From contig NC_068985.1 of NCBI RefSeq assembly GCF_001194135.2, positions 121,436,231-121,469,983 of the forward strand: a stretch of DNA of 33,753 nt, read 5' to 3'. This DNA comes from Octopus bimaculoides. Lineage: Eukaryota. Below the pieces are notes generated by a model. The model did no database searches. It saw only the letters and a program-made list of their open reading frames with translations, and was not told the DNA's origin. Made by a program: the position numbers and the translations under genes. Shown one piece after another: positions 23,116 through 32,159 of the stretch; within the stretch, counting starts at the first letter, position 1, and each line of letters starts with the position of its first letter.

Positions 23116-23226
23116 AGGCAACAAGCTGACTGAATTGTTAGCATGCCAGGGAAAAAGTTTAGCAGTACTTTGTCCATCTTTACATTCTGAATTCAAGTTC
23201 TGCCAAGGCAGACTTTGCCTTTCATC
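23116..23226 (+). repeat. SINE family 2, 5' part
   Basis: aagctgactgaattgttagcatgccaggg...ctttacattctgaattcaagttctgccaaggcagactttgcctttcatc matches 8851-8950. Confidence 0.65.
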
Positions 23227-23677
23227 TATAAGTCTTGTACAACCCATACCAGCATGGTGATTGTAAAAATAACAATGATGACTATTATAATGATGATATA
23301 TTATTTAAATAATTCTAGCTTAATAACAAATTTTAAAATATGTACAATTTCTTAAAACCTTCTCACTCAAGCTACAGAGTTTTAAAGTTATCCCTACAGA
23401 AAATCTATAGAAATTAGAACCAGCACTAATTTCTATACAATATCTGAGAGCTAACTTTACAGAAAATTAATTAATAACACTGCTTATACAGGTGAAACAC
23501 AGCATTGACATATAAAGCCTTTGACATACTTAGTAGAATATTGTGGTTGCATAATGGAACAGGGTGTTCCAGCAAGCAATCAAGCTACAGAATGCTAAAG
23601 GCAATCAGACACATGTAAAATGTAGGCAAAAAATTGGGAGAGAGAAGTCATCAAAAATGTTATCATTTTATGAATAC

Positions 23678-23833
23678 CTGAATTTTTCTTAACTTGAGTC
23701 TTCCTTGAGGAACATTGAAGAAAATATCCTCTTGAATTAATAAATCAGTTCTTGCTCCACTTTCCAGTTGAACTTTTTCTTTCAGCTGTTCTACATCTTT
23801 TACTCTTGATTTTATTTCTATGTTAGTAGGCAT
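23678..23833 (-). CDS. CYTH-domain (CyaB-like) protein, coding exon 1
   Basis: ATG at 23833. Encodes MPTNIEIKSRVKDVEQLKEKVQLESGARTDLLIQEDIFFNVPQGRLKLRKIQ with (N)xExK, QxDxFF and GRLKLR CYTH motifs; donor cag|gtattc. An acceptor (attag, AG 23846-45) 11 nt upstream of the ATG implies a further upstream exon. The four exons join in frame to give 174 aa. Confidence 0.93.
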
Positions 23834-24307
23834 CTTCAAGAATTCTAATTGAATGAGAAATTAACAAACCAATTAATCAAAACACATATTTATTTTATTA
23901 ATTTTACTACTATTTATATTGTATTTCAAATTATTTGGATCAGGTTATATTTTCTGCAAAATAAACAGTGTGCTTACGAACTAATAAAAACTATGGTTCT
24001 ATAAAATGATTCTCAATTTTTTTGACTTTCTGATACACTGGAGATTGAATTTTAAAAAATCAACAGGAACACTTATAGAAAGTTAAAAGAAAAAAAAAAC
24101 AAAATGGCAATGTTTTGAAAATAAAAAAAAATTACTTAAAAATATAAACCACTAATGCTTACCTTGTTTTATTTTAATCATACAAAGACAGAGACACACA
24201 CACACATACATACATACATACATACATACATACACACACACACATATGTATGTATGTATGTATGTATATATGTATGTATGTATATACACACATACACACA
24301 CACACAT

Positions 24308-24465
24308 GACAGGCTTCTTTCAGTTTCTGTCTGCCAAATTTAATCACAAAGCTGTTTTTGATCGGCTTCAGTCTGTAGCAGAAGACACTTACCAAAGGTG
24401 CTGCACAGCATGACTAAACCTAAGACCACATTGTTGGGAAGCAAGCTTCTAAATCACACAGTCAC
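24308..24465 (-). repeat. tRNA-like SINE family 1 with (TG/TATG)n tail extending to about 24190
   Basis: ggcttctttcagtttctgtctgccaaat...agaagacacttaccaaaggtgctgcacag...gggaagcaagcttc is the reverse complement of family 1. Confidence 0.75.
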
Positions 24466-24661
24466 CATCAAGCAAATTTCACTACCAAAGTATTGGTTAA
24501 CCCAAGGCTATAGAAGAATATACTCACCCATAGTGTAGTACTTTGGGATCGAACCCAGTTTGACATGGCTACAAAGCAAACGTCTTAACCATACAACCAT
24601 GTTTGCAGATGAAATGAAATATCAGTTGGTTTTTTTGTCCAGCCCGAAGTCAGCGTCAGTC

Positions 24662-24875
24662 TTTTAACATTCAGATTATTCTATCAAATGAAATGCTTAT
24701 TTATTTACATTGTTTTGAATTAATCTTGCATTATCTTGCAACTTCAAAATTTCAATGATGTGATGGTTTCTTTTTAGAATGACATAGAAGCGTAGGCATA
24801 AGAGGCCAGATATGACCAATTTGGACATAAAACAGGTAGAATATTTGGGCTGGATATGGCTAGATTAAATGCTAA
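24662..24875 (+). repeat. About 210-bp MITE-like repeat, copy 2
   Basis: Homologous to 6328-6534. Confidence 0.6.
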
Positions 24876-25870
24876 TCATGTCAATAATCAAGAATCCCAA
24901 ACATGTCCATCCCATCACTTTTTTCTCTTCCAGACATGATGTATCTAGAACTACATTATCTAATGTGCCCTTTTGTAAGACAGTAATGTATGATTTAAGA
25001 GAGACTTAATTGCTATTTCTAACAAGTCAAGTAACCACTTAAAGACTATGCCACTGATTGGAATGAAAATCCCCTTGTTACAGTTGTTGTTGTTGTTGTA
25101 GATGTTATTGTTGATCATGGTGGTGGTGGGGGTGGGGTAGTGGTGATGTTAAGCCACAGGTTAGGTCTGTCTGTGCAAGCCTAACACTGTGTAACAATTA
25201 TTTTTTTGTCTTAGTAAGTATTATTTCCTATTTATTTCTAAAAATCAAAGAAATTGATGACAACTATTCACTTCAAACCTTGCTTCTGAGACCTGCTCAT
25301 CAATGTTTTGAAACTGACTTATTTTCCATCACGTTTCAGACAGAGCCTACACTAAGTTGCTGAAGTAGAAATGTCATTATATCAAATATTCTGCTCAATA
25401 CCACAGATTTGTTTGTCAGTTAATTGACCTCAACCACTTAAGCATGTCCCTTAGGGGCTGATAATATGTGCATCTCTGATTACGAGCAGGAGTAGTGGAG
25501 GAGCATCACAGCCATGTGTTGAGAGGGATTCTTTGGGGTTTGAATAAATGTAACAAAAGTAAAGTTTGAAGGAAATATTAGCCATTTTTCATACTTACTA
25601 GGGTTAGGTAAATAGGAAATAACAGTTGCTACCCATGGACAAAAAAGTGATACACAGTATAATCAAAGGCATAGCAGCCACTGAATTGGCAGAGTCATTA
25701 GTGTGTCAGATAGAATGCATCATGGTATTTGTTCCAAATCTCTATGCTCTGAGTTCAAATCCTATCATGGCCTACATGGATGATAACTTTAATCCATTAC
25801 TCAGTTTGATGTTACCACCTGGCACCTGAGGTACTTATAGTTCAGTAAGTGGCAATTATCCAGGTCAGTG

Positions 25871-25911
<41 letters not shown>

Positions 25912-25930
25912 AACACATATTTTTTTTTTG

Positions 25931-26241
25931 GCATGGTGGCACGCTAGAAAATCATTCAAGCGAGGTCATTGCCAGTGCCACTGGACTGGCTCCCGTGCAG
26001 GTGGCACGTAAAAAACACCTTTTTGAGCAAGGCCGTTGCCGTGTGACTGGCCCTCGTGACAGTGGTACATAAAAGCACCCACTACACTCTCGGAGTGGTT
26101 GGCATTAGGAAGTGCATCCAGCTGTAGAAACTCTGCCAGATCAGATTGGAGCCTGGTGCAGCCTTCGGGCTTGCCAGTCCTCAGTCAAATCATCCAACCC
26201 ATGCTAGCATCAAAAGCGGATGTTAAACGATGATGATGATG
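25931..26241 (+). repeat. RTE LINE 3'UTR fragment
   Basis: High identity to about 9980-10256 (aagcacccactacactctcggagtggttgg...ccagatcagattggagcctggtgcagcc...gttaaacgatgatgatgat). Confidence 0.88.
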
Positions 26242-26357
26242 TTGATATATATATATACATATAATAATATAAATAATATATAGTTATATATATATGCATA
26301 TATACATACAAATATGTATATACTTACATCTATATGTACATATATATATGCATATGT

Positions 26358-27420
26358 GGGCACAGGACGTCATGAAATATGTAAAACAAAAAAGTACGAG
26401 GCACAAGTACATGGAACATGAATTATTCTTTCGAACAACGAAAGACACAAATGGAAAACAAAACAAACATAAAGAACGACCATTCATCAGTTGTTGGCTG
26501 TTTTTCTAGTCTCGTATTTCAAGCATTTAACAACAATATACACTTTTGATAAAACAGTTGCTCCTGCAAAGCAAATTAAATAAAATTTGGGATTTTGCGG
26601 AGGGTCAAAATAGGTAACACAAAAAGGACAGTGAAAACAAACACAAAGGGCTGCTAAATGAGGTTGTAGTGGTGAACGCATAAATCAAGCTAGGACAGGA
26701 GCTTGTTCCAGCTACAATGGAGAGAAAGAAAGATGGCCGATGGTCACGTGGAATCCACGTGAGCAAGGGAGGGGAAGTGAGGGAGAGGGAGTGGCATAGT
26801 AATAGGATAAAATAGAGGGAGAAGAGAAGGTAAAAGAATAAGCGAGAAAAACGAAAGAGTAAAAAGATCATATAGAGTGCGCATCAGGATTATTATCTAT
26901 CTATCTATATATATATGCATATATATCTATATATATATATATATATATATATGTGCATGTATACATACGTATATGTACATACATCTATACATGTATATAT
27001 ATATATATATACACATATGCAGTCACCGGATGTCATCAAACATGTACAACAAAAATGTATGAAGCATGAATACATGGAACATCAACGATTCTCTCAAACA
27101 ACAAAAGACACAAATGGAAAACAAAACAGACATAAAGGACGACTCTTCATCGGTGGTTGGCTGTTTTTCTATTCTCGTATTTCGAGCATTTAACAACAAT
27201 ATATGCTTTCAATAAAACAGTTGCTCCTGCAAAGTAAATTAAATAAAATTTGGGATTTTGTGGAGTGTCAAAATAGGACAGTGAAAACAAACAGGAAGGG
27301 CTGCTAAATCTAAAGAAGGTTGTAGTGGTGAACGCATAAATCAAGCTCGGACAGGAAACAAACAAGAATACATTTTCCTTGTTCCAGCTACAACGGAGAG
27401 AAAGATGACCAATGGTTGAA
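26358..27420. repeat. Two tandem direct copies (26358-about 26890 and 27019-about 27420) of an unclassified repeat of about 400 bp, separated by (TA)n
   Basis: Shared sequence tacatggaacat...aaagacacaaatggaaaacaaaac...aaaacagttgctcctgcaaag...aataaaatttgggattttg...gttgtagtggtgaacgcataaatcaagct. The paired ORFs 26294 and 26915 reflect the duplication and are not genes. Confidence 0.85.
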
Positions 27421-27569
27421 CATAAATACATACATATATATATATATATAAATATATATATATATACATACATATAAATATATACATATATACACATATA
27501 CATATAAATAGAGAGTACTCAAAGAGGTAGAGTAATACGCTTTACTCAAAAGCAACAGAAATATAACAA

Positions 27570-27615
27570 AAAGCTGTTACTCAGAGTTTCACGTTCCCAT
27601 TCATCGGACAGTTTT
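27570..27615 (-). ncRNA. Hammerhead-like motif with CCGAUGA core
   Basis: Minus strand: aaaaCTGT-CCGATGA-ATG ggaa CGT-GAAA-CTCTGAG-TA|ACAG. Stem I CTGT/ACAG, 3-bp stem II with GGAA loop, ACTC-N-GAGT palindromic stem III, GUA site at 27580-78. Confidence 0.65.
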
Positions 27616-27813
27616 GTTAGAAATGGGAGAGAAATGACGATGCAATCAAAACTAATATAAATTTTAAAAAACCTGGATCTGTTTCACGCAATCATGCTCG
27701 CATACGAAAATTATTCAGTGTTGGAACAGGCAAGTGTATCTTAAACTTATGGAGAGGGGAAGTAAGGGTTGAGAAGAATAACAGATAGATGAAGGACATT
27801 ACTAAAGTAGAAA

Positions 27814-27816
<3 letters not shown>

Positions 27817-27845
<29 letters not shown>

Positions 27846-27847
27846 TA

Positions 27848-27879
<32 letters not shown>

Positions 27880-27880
27880 A
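27817..27880. repeat. (GAAA)n microsatellite
   Basis: Directly visible, with one GAAA-to-TAAA interruption. Confidence 0.95.
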
Positions 27881-28367
27881 GTGTAGCATATATAACAAAC
27901 GCACACACACGAAACCATGTATGTATGTGCACAAGTATATACATAGGCTCTATACATAAGCATAGACGCATACATACGAATACATATGCATTGCTATAAT
28001 ACAGACGTCCACTTAAAAAAACTTTTAGGTCTTAACGTATATATGCAGACAACTTTTTTAAGAAATTGCTGAGTGTATAATAGCGAAAATTGGGCAAAAT
28101 ACATTCATAATAGAATCCCATATATCGAACCATCCATAAAAACGGTTAAATTTGTTTACAAAATATTTTAAAATAAATACAAGTAAAATAAGATAACATA
28201 AAATAAGAACAAGAAAACTATGCATATAACAGTCGAAGGCTTTCTTAAAAAATGTAGGGATCTATACAATATTCTTGCAATGCGAAGTAAATCATGTATA
28301 ATGAGGTAGAAATCCAATAGTGAGATTGCAAACTGGTTTCAAGGAGTCAAAAATTATCAAAAATATA

Positions 28368-28760
28368 CTATCCATATGGTATGTTATTAGCTGACATTTT
28401 AAATTTAGACGCATATCTACATGAATTTAAAAGTTCGTGTCTTTGATTTAAAGCTTTCTTGTCTTGGGATAAAATATGTAATTTTTCTAATAAACACAAA
28501 TCACATTTAATTGGTCTTTTGTGGACACCGTACCTGTAAAGCGATGCTCATCGTAAAATCCTCCATGTCACGTTGAAAGATTGGGTTTTGCTTTCTTTTA
28601 ATTGCCAGATGTATTTTGCCACACTAGTCTTTGTCCTATTTTCGGGGTATCTGAATGAATTTTTATGCAAATAAAGCCTGGTTTTGAAGAAATTTTCAGA
28701 AGCCCCTGTGTAAGTTCTATAATCGTGTGAGGGAATATGAGGTACTCATCAACTTGCAGA
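28368..28760 (-). pseudogene. Penelope-type C-terminal GIY-YIG endonuclease remnant
   Basis: 28727-28368 reads HDYRTYTGASENFFKTRLYLHKNSF...TSVAKYIWQLKE...WRILR*...KCDLCLLEKLHIL...LNQRHELLNSCRY...*; a frameshifted SVVCK segment lies upstream. Matches the YxG / FKxR..HK.SF / KYIWxLK / CxLCxxEK / LNxRxEL..CR pattern of PLE endonucleases. Confidence 0.85.
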
Positions 28761-28957
28761 CGACACTGTACTCTGTTGATTAATCTGTTTATTTTATAAC
28801 CAAAATGACAACGAAGACAATATACAGACAATATATGTGTGAATCTGAGAGGGGAATATGTTTAAAATCATAATGAACTGATCCTCCTGTATTTTCTTTT
28901 ACCCAGGTGAGGAACTTTTCAGCACCCCTTTGTATATGAGTGGACAAAAGAAAGGTG

Positions 28958-29056
28958 GTACTCAACACATTTGGTAGGAGTCACATGCATTATTTAAGAA
29001 CTGCTTGACTTGAGTCCCTGCAACTCAAAGTTTCATGAACTCTAGCTCGTCAGACA
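28958..29056 (-). repeat. Older, diverged relative of the PLE pseudo-LTR end with degenerate hammerhead
   Basis: The plus strand gtactcaa...ggtaggagtcacatgcattatttaaga aligns with 27515-27560 and 29700-29740. The minus strand reads tgt-CTGACGA-(12 nt, poor stem II)-GAAA-CTTTGAG-TT|gca. Confidence 0.55.
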
Positions 29057-29477
29057 TTTGGAGGTCAAGCAATGGAAAATGAGACAAATATATAATATAT
29101 TAAGAAAAGATGACATAACTTCAAATTTTCACCAAAAGTGCCTCACCAAACTGACTTTGATGATCCAGCATTGGCAAAACTTCAAAGTCACATTTCAATT
29201 TCTATTGAGTTCTGTTTAATTAATGTCTAAAATTTATTTTTATATAATTAAAAACATTTATATTATTAATTATGTATGTATGTGTACATGCAAGTACATG
29301 TAGCAAACATGTAATTATGTATGTATGTATGTATGTATGTATGAATGAATGAATGAATGATGTATATATGTATATATATACCTGTATCAGTTATCAAGTG
29401 TCTCATTAAAGGCTCACTTAATCATAATAGTAGATAACAAGCTTGTAAGACTTATTATGTATGTGTGTGCATGTTGG

Positions 29478-29479
<2 letters not shown>

Positions 29480-29551
<72 letters not shown>
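29480..29551. repeat. (TA)n microsatellite
   Basis: Directly visible. Confidence 0.95.
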
Positions 29552-29557
<6 letters not shown>

Positions 29558-29743
29558 CTTTATTTAAAAGCAGCAGAAATATAACAAAAAAAACGTTACT
29601 CTGAGTTTCACGTTCCCGTTCATCGGACAACAAAATTGTCCGATGAACGGGAACATTATAAACTCAGAGTAACGGTTTTTTTGTTATATTTCTGCTGCTT
29701 TTAAATAAAGCATATTACTCTACCTCTGGTATTTGAGTACTCT
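29558..29743. mobile_element. Head-to-head inverted pair of PLE pseudo-LTR ends (arms 29558-29630 and 29636-29710; right copy extends to 29743)
   Basis: Imperfect inverted repeat of about 73 bp with a 5-nt spacer (caaaa). Both arms are homologous to 27511-27615. The left copy runs into the (TA)n tract. Confidence 0.85.
29594..29630 (-). ncRNA. Hammerhead-like motif with CCGAUGA core (copy in left arm)
   Basis: ttgt-CCGATGA-ACG ggaa CGT-GAAA-CTCAGAG-TA|ACG. Stems II and III are intact; stem I is reduced to 3 bp including a U.G pair. Confidence 0.55.
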
Positions 29744-30208
29744 TTTTTTCCACCTTGTTGCACATTTCATGTGCTTACTCCGGTATGTATATATATATAT
29801 ATATAAAGAGACTGGTAGACAGATAGATTTGTGAGAGAGACAGAGACACTCCAACATAATGCTTGTTTGTATTACACTGCACTTCATTGCAATGTGATTG
29901 TACAATTTTGTTGATCTTACGGCAAGTTATTATTATCCTTATTGTTGTTGTTGTTGTTGTTGTTAGCACATGAAAATTGATTTGTCGTCTCTTCCATCTA
30001 TTTATTCGTTTAGGTCGTTAGTATGATTTTTCTTCTTTTTTTTTTTTGGATTTTCCTAATTTACTTTTTGCACTTGTTTTTGAATTGCATTGATTTATCG
30101 ATTGATTTTGCAATGCTTTTATAGGAAGAGACTGCTCATCAATAAACCTACTTTCTTTTAATAAGTATAGAAGCATCAGTAGTATCAACAGCAGCAGCAG
30201 CAACAGCT

Positions 30209-30281
<73 letters not shown>
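30209..30281. repeat. (AGT)n microsatellite flanked by (AGC)n
   Basis: Directly visible. Confidence 0.95.
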
Positions 30282-30894
30282 CAGTTGCAGCAGCAGTATA
30301 TCTTTCCATTAAGGTTTTTCAAATGTTAGGTAATTCATGAGACACATAACAATACATACATACACACAAACACATGCACACACACACACACACACACACA
30401 AACACTTATACAAATCTATATACACACACATATCCATAATTCTAAACATACATAAAAAAAACTATATACACAAACACACATACACACACACGAGAAAACT
30501 CCATTCTAATTGATTAACAAAGCTTATTGTTTGTTGTTATATAACAAACAAATAGGTATGTGTGTGCATGTATACACACATGCACATACACACACACACA
30601 CACACACACATATACATACCAGTGGCAGCAGCAGCATTTAATGTCCACTTTTTCATGCTTGCATGGGTCAGATAGAATTTGTCAAGGCAGATTTACTACA
30701 GCTGGATGTCCTTCCTGTTGCCAACCCTCACTTGTATGGTGATATTTTCCCATAGCTAGACAGGGTTTTTACAAAGAAAACTGGAAATGAACAACCTTGC
30801 TTGTACGACAATGAAGCTCGTTTACAGCCATCATCTGATGTACACACAAATACCTATATACACACACATACATACATATGCATGCATACATACA

Positions 30895-30925
<31 letters not shown>

Positions 30926-31076
30926 GATGGGTTTCTTTCATCTTTCATCTACCAAATCCACTTACAAGGCTTAGTCAGCCAAGGGCTATAGTAGAAGACA
31001 CTTGTCCAAGATGCTGCACAATGGGACTGAATCCAAGACCATGTAGACAGGAAGCAAGCTTCTTACCCACATAGTC
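30926..31076 (-). repeat. tRNA-like SINE family 1
   Basis: ctaccaaatccacttacaaggc...gctatagtagaagacacttgtccaagatgc...gggactgaatcc...gaagcaagcttcttacc is the reverse complement of family 1. Confidence 0.8.
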
Positions 31077-31201
31077 TCACCTATATATTATATATTATAT
31101 ATATGTATACATTAAAATATAGATGTGTGTATATATATATATATATATACATATATATATAGATGTGTGTATATATATATATATATATACATATATATAT
31201 A

Positions 31202-31263
31202 NNNNNNNNNNNNNNNNNNNNNNNNNNNNNNNNNNNNNNNNNNNNNNNNNNNNNNNNNNNNNN
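31202..31263. other. Assembly gap (62 N) within a (TA)-rich tract
   Basis: Run of N. Confidence 1.
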
Positions 31264-31460
31264 TATATATAGCAATGAGAAAATGGAGGAGAATATGTGG
31301 TATCCATCGACTTGCAGACAAAGTATTCTATCGATTAATTTGTTTATTTTATAACTAAATTGATAAAAACCACAATATACAGATACTTATGACATACAAT
31401 GTCATATTAACAATTAAGGTTACAAATATAACGGACATTTAGCAATTGGAGAAGGGGCAG

Positions 31461-31600
31461 AAACTTACAGCTGTTTCGGCCTAGCGTTGGCATGCCCCAT
31501 TCTATCTCTATAGCTCCTGTACGCCGAAGTAATTATTAGATGAAAATGATGTAATGTAATGGGGGTACATGCATGATTCGCTAGGCCTCTTCAGAGATTT
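31461..31600 (-). ncRNA. Type-I hammerhead ribozyme with extended stem II
   Basis: Core CTGAAGA (31594-88); perfect 9-bp stem II GGCCTAGCG (31587-79)/CGCTAGGCC (31486-78) enclosing 92 nt; GAAA (31477-74); C-AGCT-G; GTA site (31468-66); stem I aaa(t)ct/agttt. Confidence 0.75.
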
Positions 31601-31695
31601 ACAAAATTCAATACAAATATAAAATAATAAAGTAAAAAAAAAATAAAATAAAAAATGAAAATATAAAAATATAAGGCACATAAAAAAGCTTACAA

Positions 31696-31704
31696 NNNNN
31701 NNNN
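31696..31704. other. Assembly gap (9 N) with duplicated flanks
   Basis: cataaaaaagcttacaa appears on both sides, suggesting an unmerged contig overlap. Confidence 0.95.
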
Positions 31705-32032
31705 NCATAAAAAAGCTTACAAACAGTATATAAAACCATAGAAATAGTTATAAACACTCCAATATACATGCCTATGCCTGTATACATAACCATACGTAAA
31801 TATCTATGGATACAAAAGCATAGAGAGATGAGTACATATGTGTGTCCAGATGTAATTTCAAGAGATTAGTAAAAGTTCTACTATGGGAAGTTCTTAAAAG
31901 TTCCAATGTAAAACGGTAGACTCCAGGAAGAGGCAAAATGTAGTATTGATGTGACATAGTTTGGTAGGTAGAAGAAATATATCGCAGATAAAAATCATGT
32001 AAGTGAAAGAGAAGAAAAAAGCTGGGCACGTT

Positions 32033-32159
32033 TTCACTTACAGCTGTTTCAAGAATATTCGTGTATTGGGGGAAAAAAATGTAGTTCTCTGCATGTTGTC
32101 TACATCCAAAAATATTGTAGTACCCTATTCTGTCAGGCATCCAACTGCCTGACAGTGAA
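32033..32159 (-). ncRNA. Disrupted hammerhead remnant
   Basis: 6-bp stem I TTCACT/AGTGAA, stem II AGAATA/TATTCT and GAAA-C-AGCT-G-TA are present, but the CUGANGA position is occupied by a perfect 10-bp hairpin. Confidence 0.55.

Larger units (their letters stand above)
27511..28830 (-). mobile_element. 5'-truncated Penelope-like retroelement (GIY-YIG end plus 3' pseudo-LTR with hammerhead)
   Basis: Endonuclease remnant at 28368-28760, hammerhead motif at 27570-27615 on the same strand, and a 3' end abutting a (TA)-rich microsatellite at 27510. Linking them as one insertion is inference from orientation and spacing. Confidence 0.7.

Noticed and set aside
24190-24305. Adjacent (TACA)n and (TGTA)n tracts that could fold back
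   Set aside because: Low-complexity SINE tail; inverted simple repeats are common in this window.
27161-27220. Three-stem arrangement with GAAA on the minus strand of the tandem repeat (also about 26500-26560)
   Set aside because: The linker reads ATTGAA or ATCAAA rather than CUGANGA, and the stem II register does not fit a hammerhead; the nearby CTGATGA/CCGATGA lacks a compatible stem II.
28548-28550. Single in-frame TGA in the PLE endonuclease, raising a selenocysteine possibility (some Naiad PLEs encode selenoproteins)
   Set aside because: The context is cga tga gca at a position expected to be basic rather than Cys, so CGA-to-TGA CpG decay explains it. All Cys motifs use TGT, there is an upstream frameshift, and no SECIS was recognised.
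26284-31358. Many ORFs rich in YI, HT, SF or VC dipeptides
   Set aside because: Translations of (TA)n, (CA)n, (TTTC)n microsatellites and N-runs.
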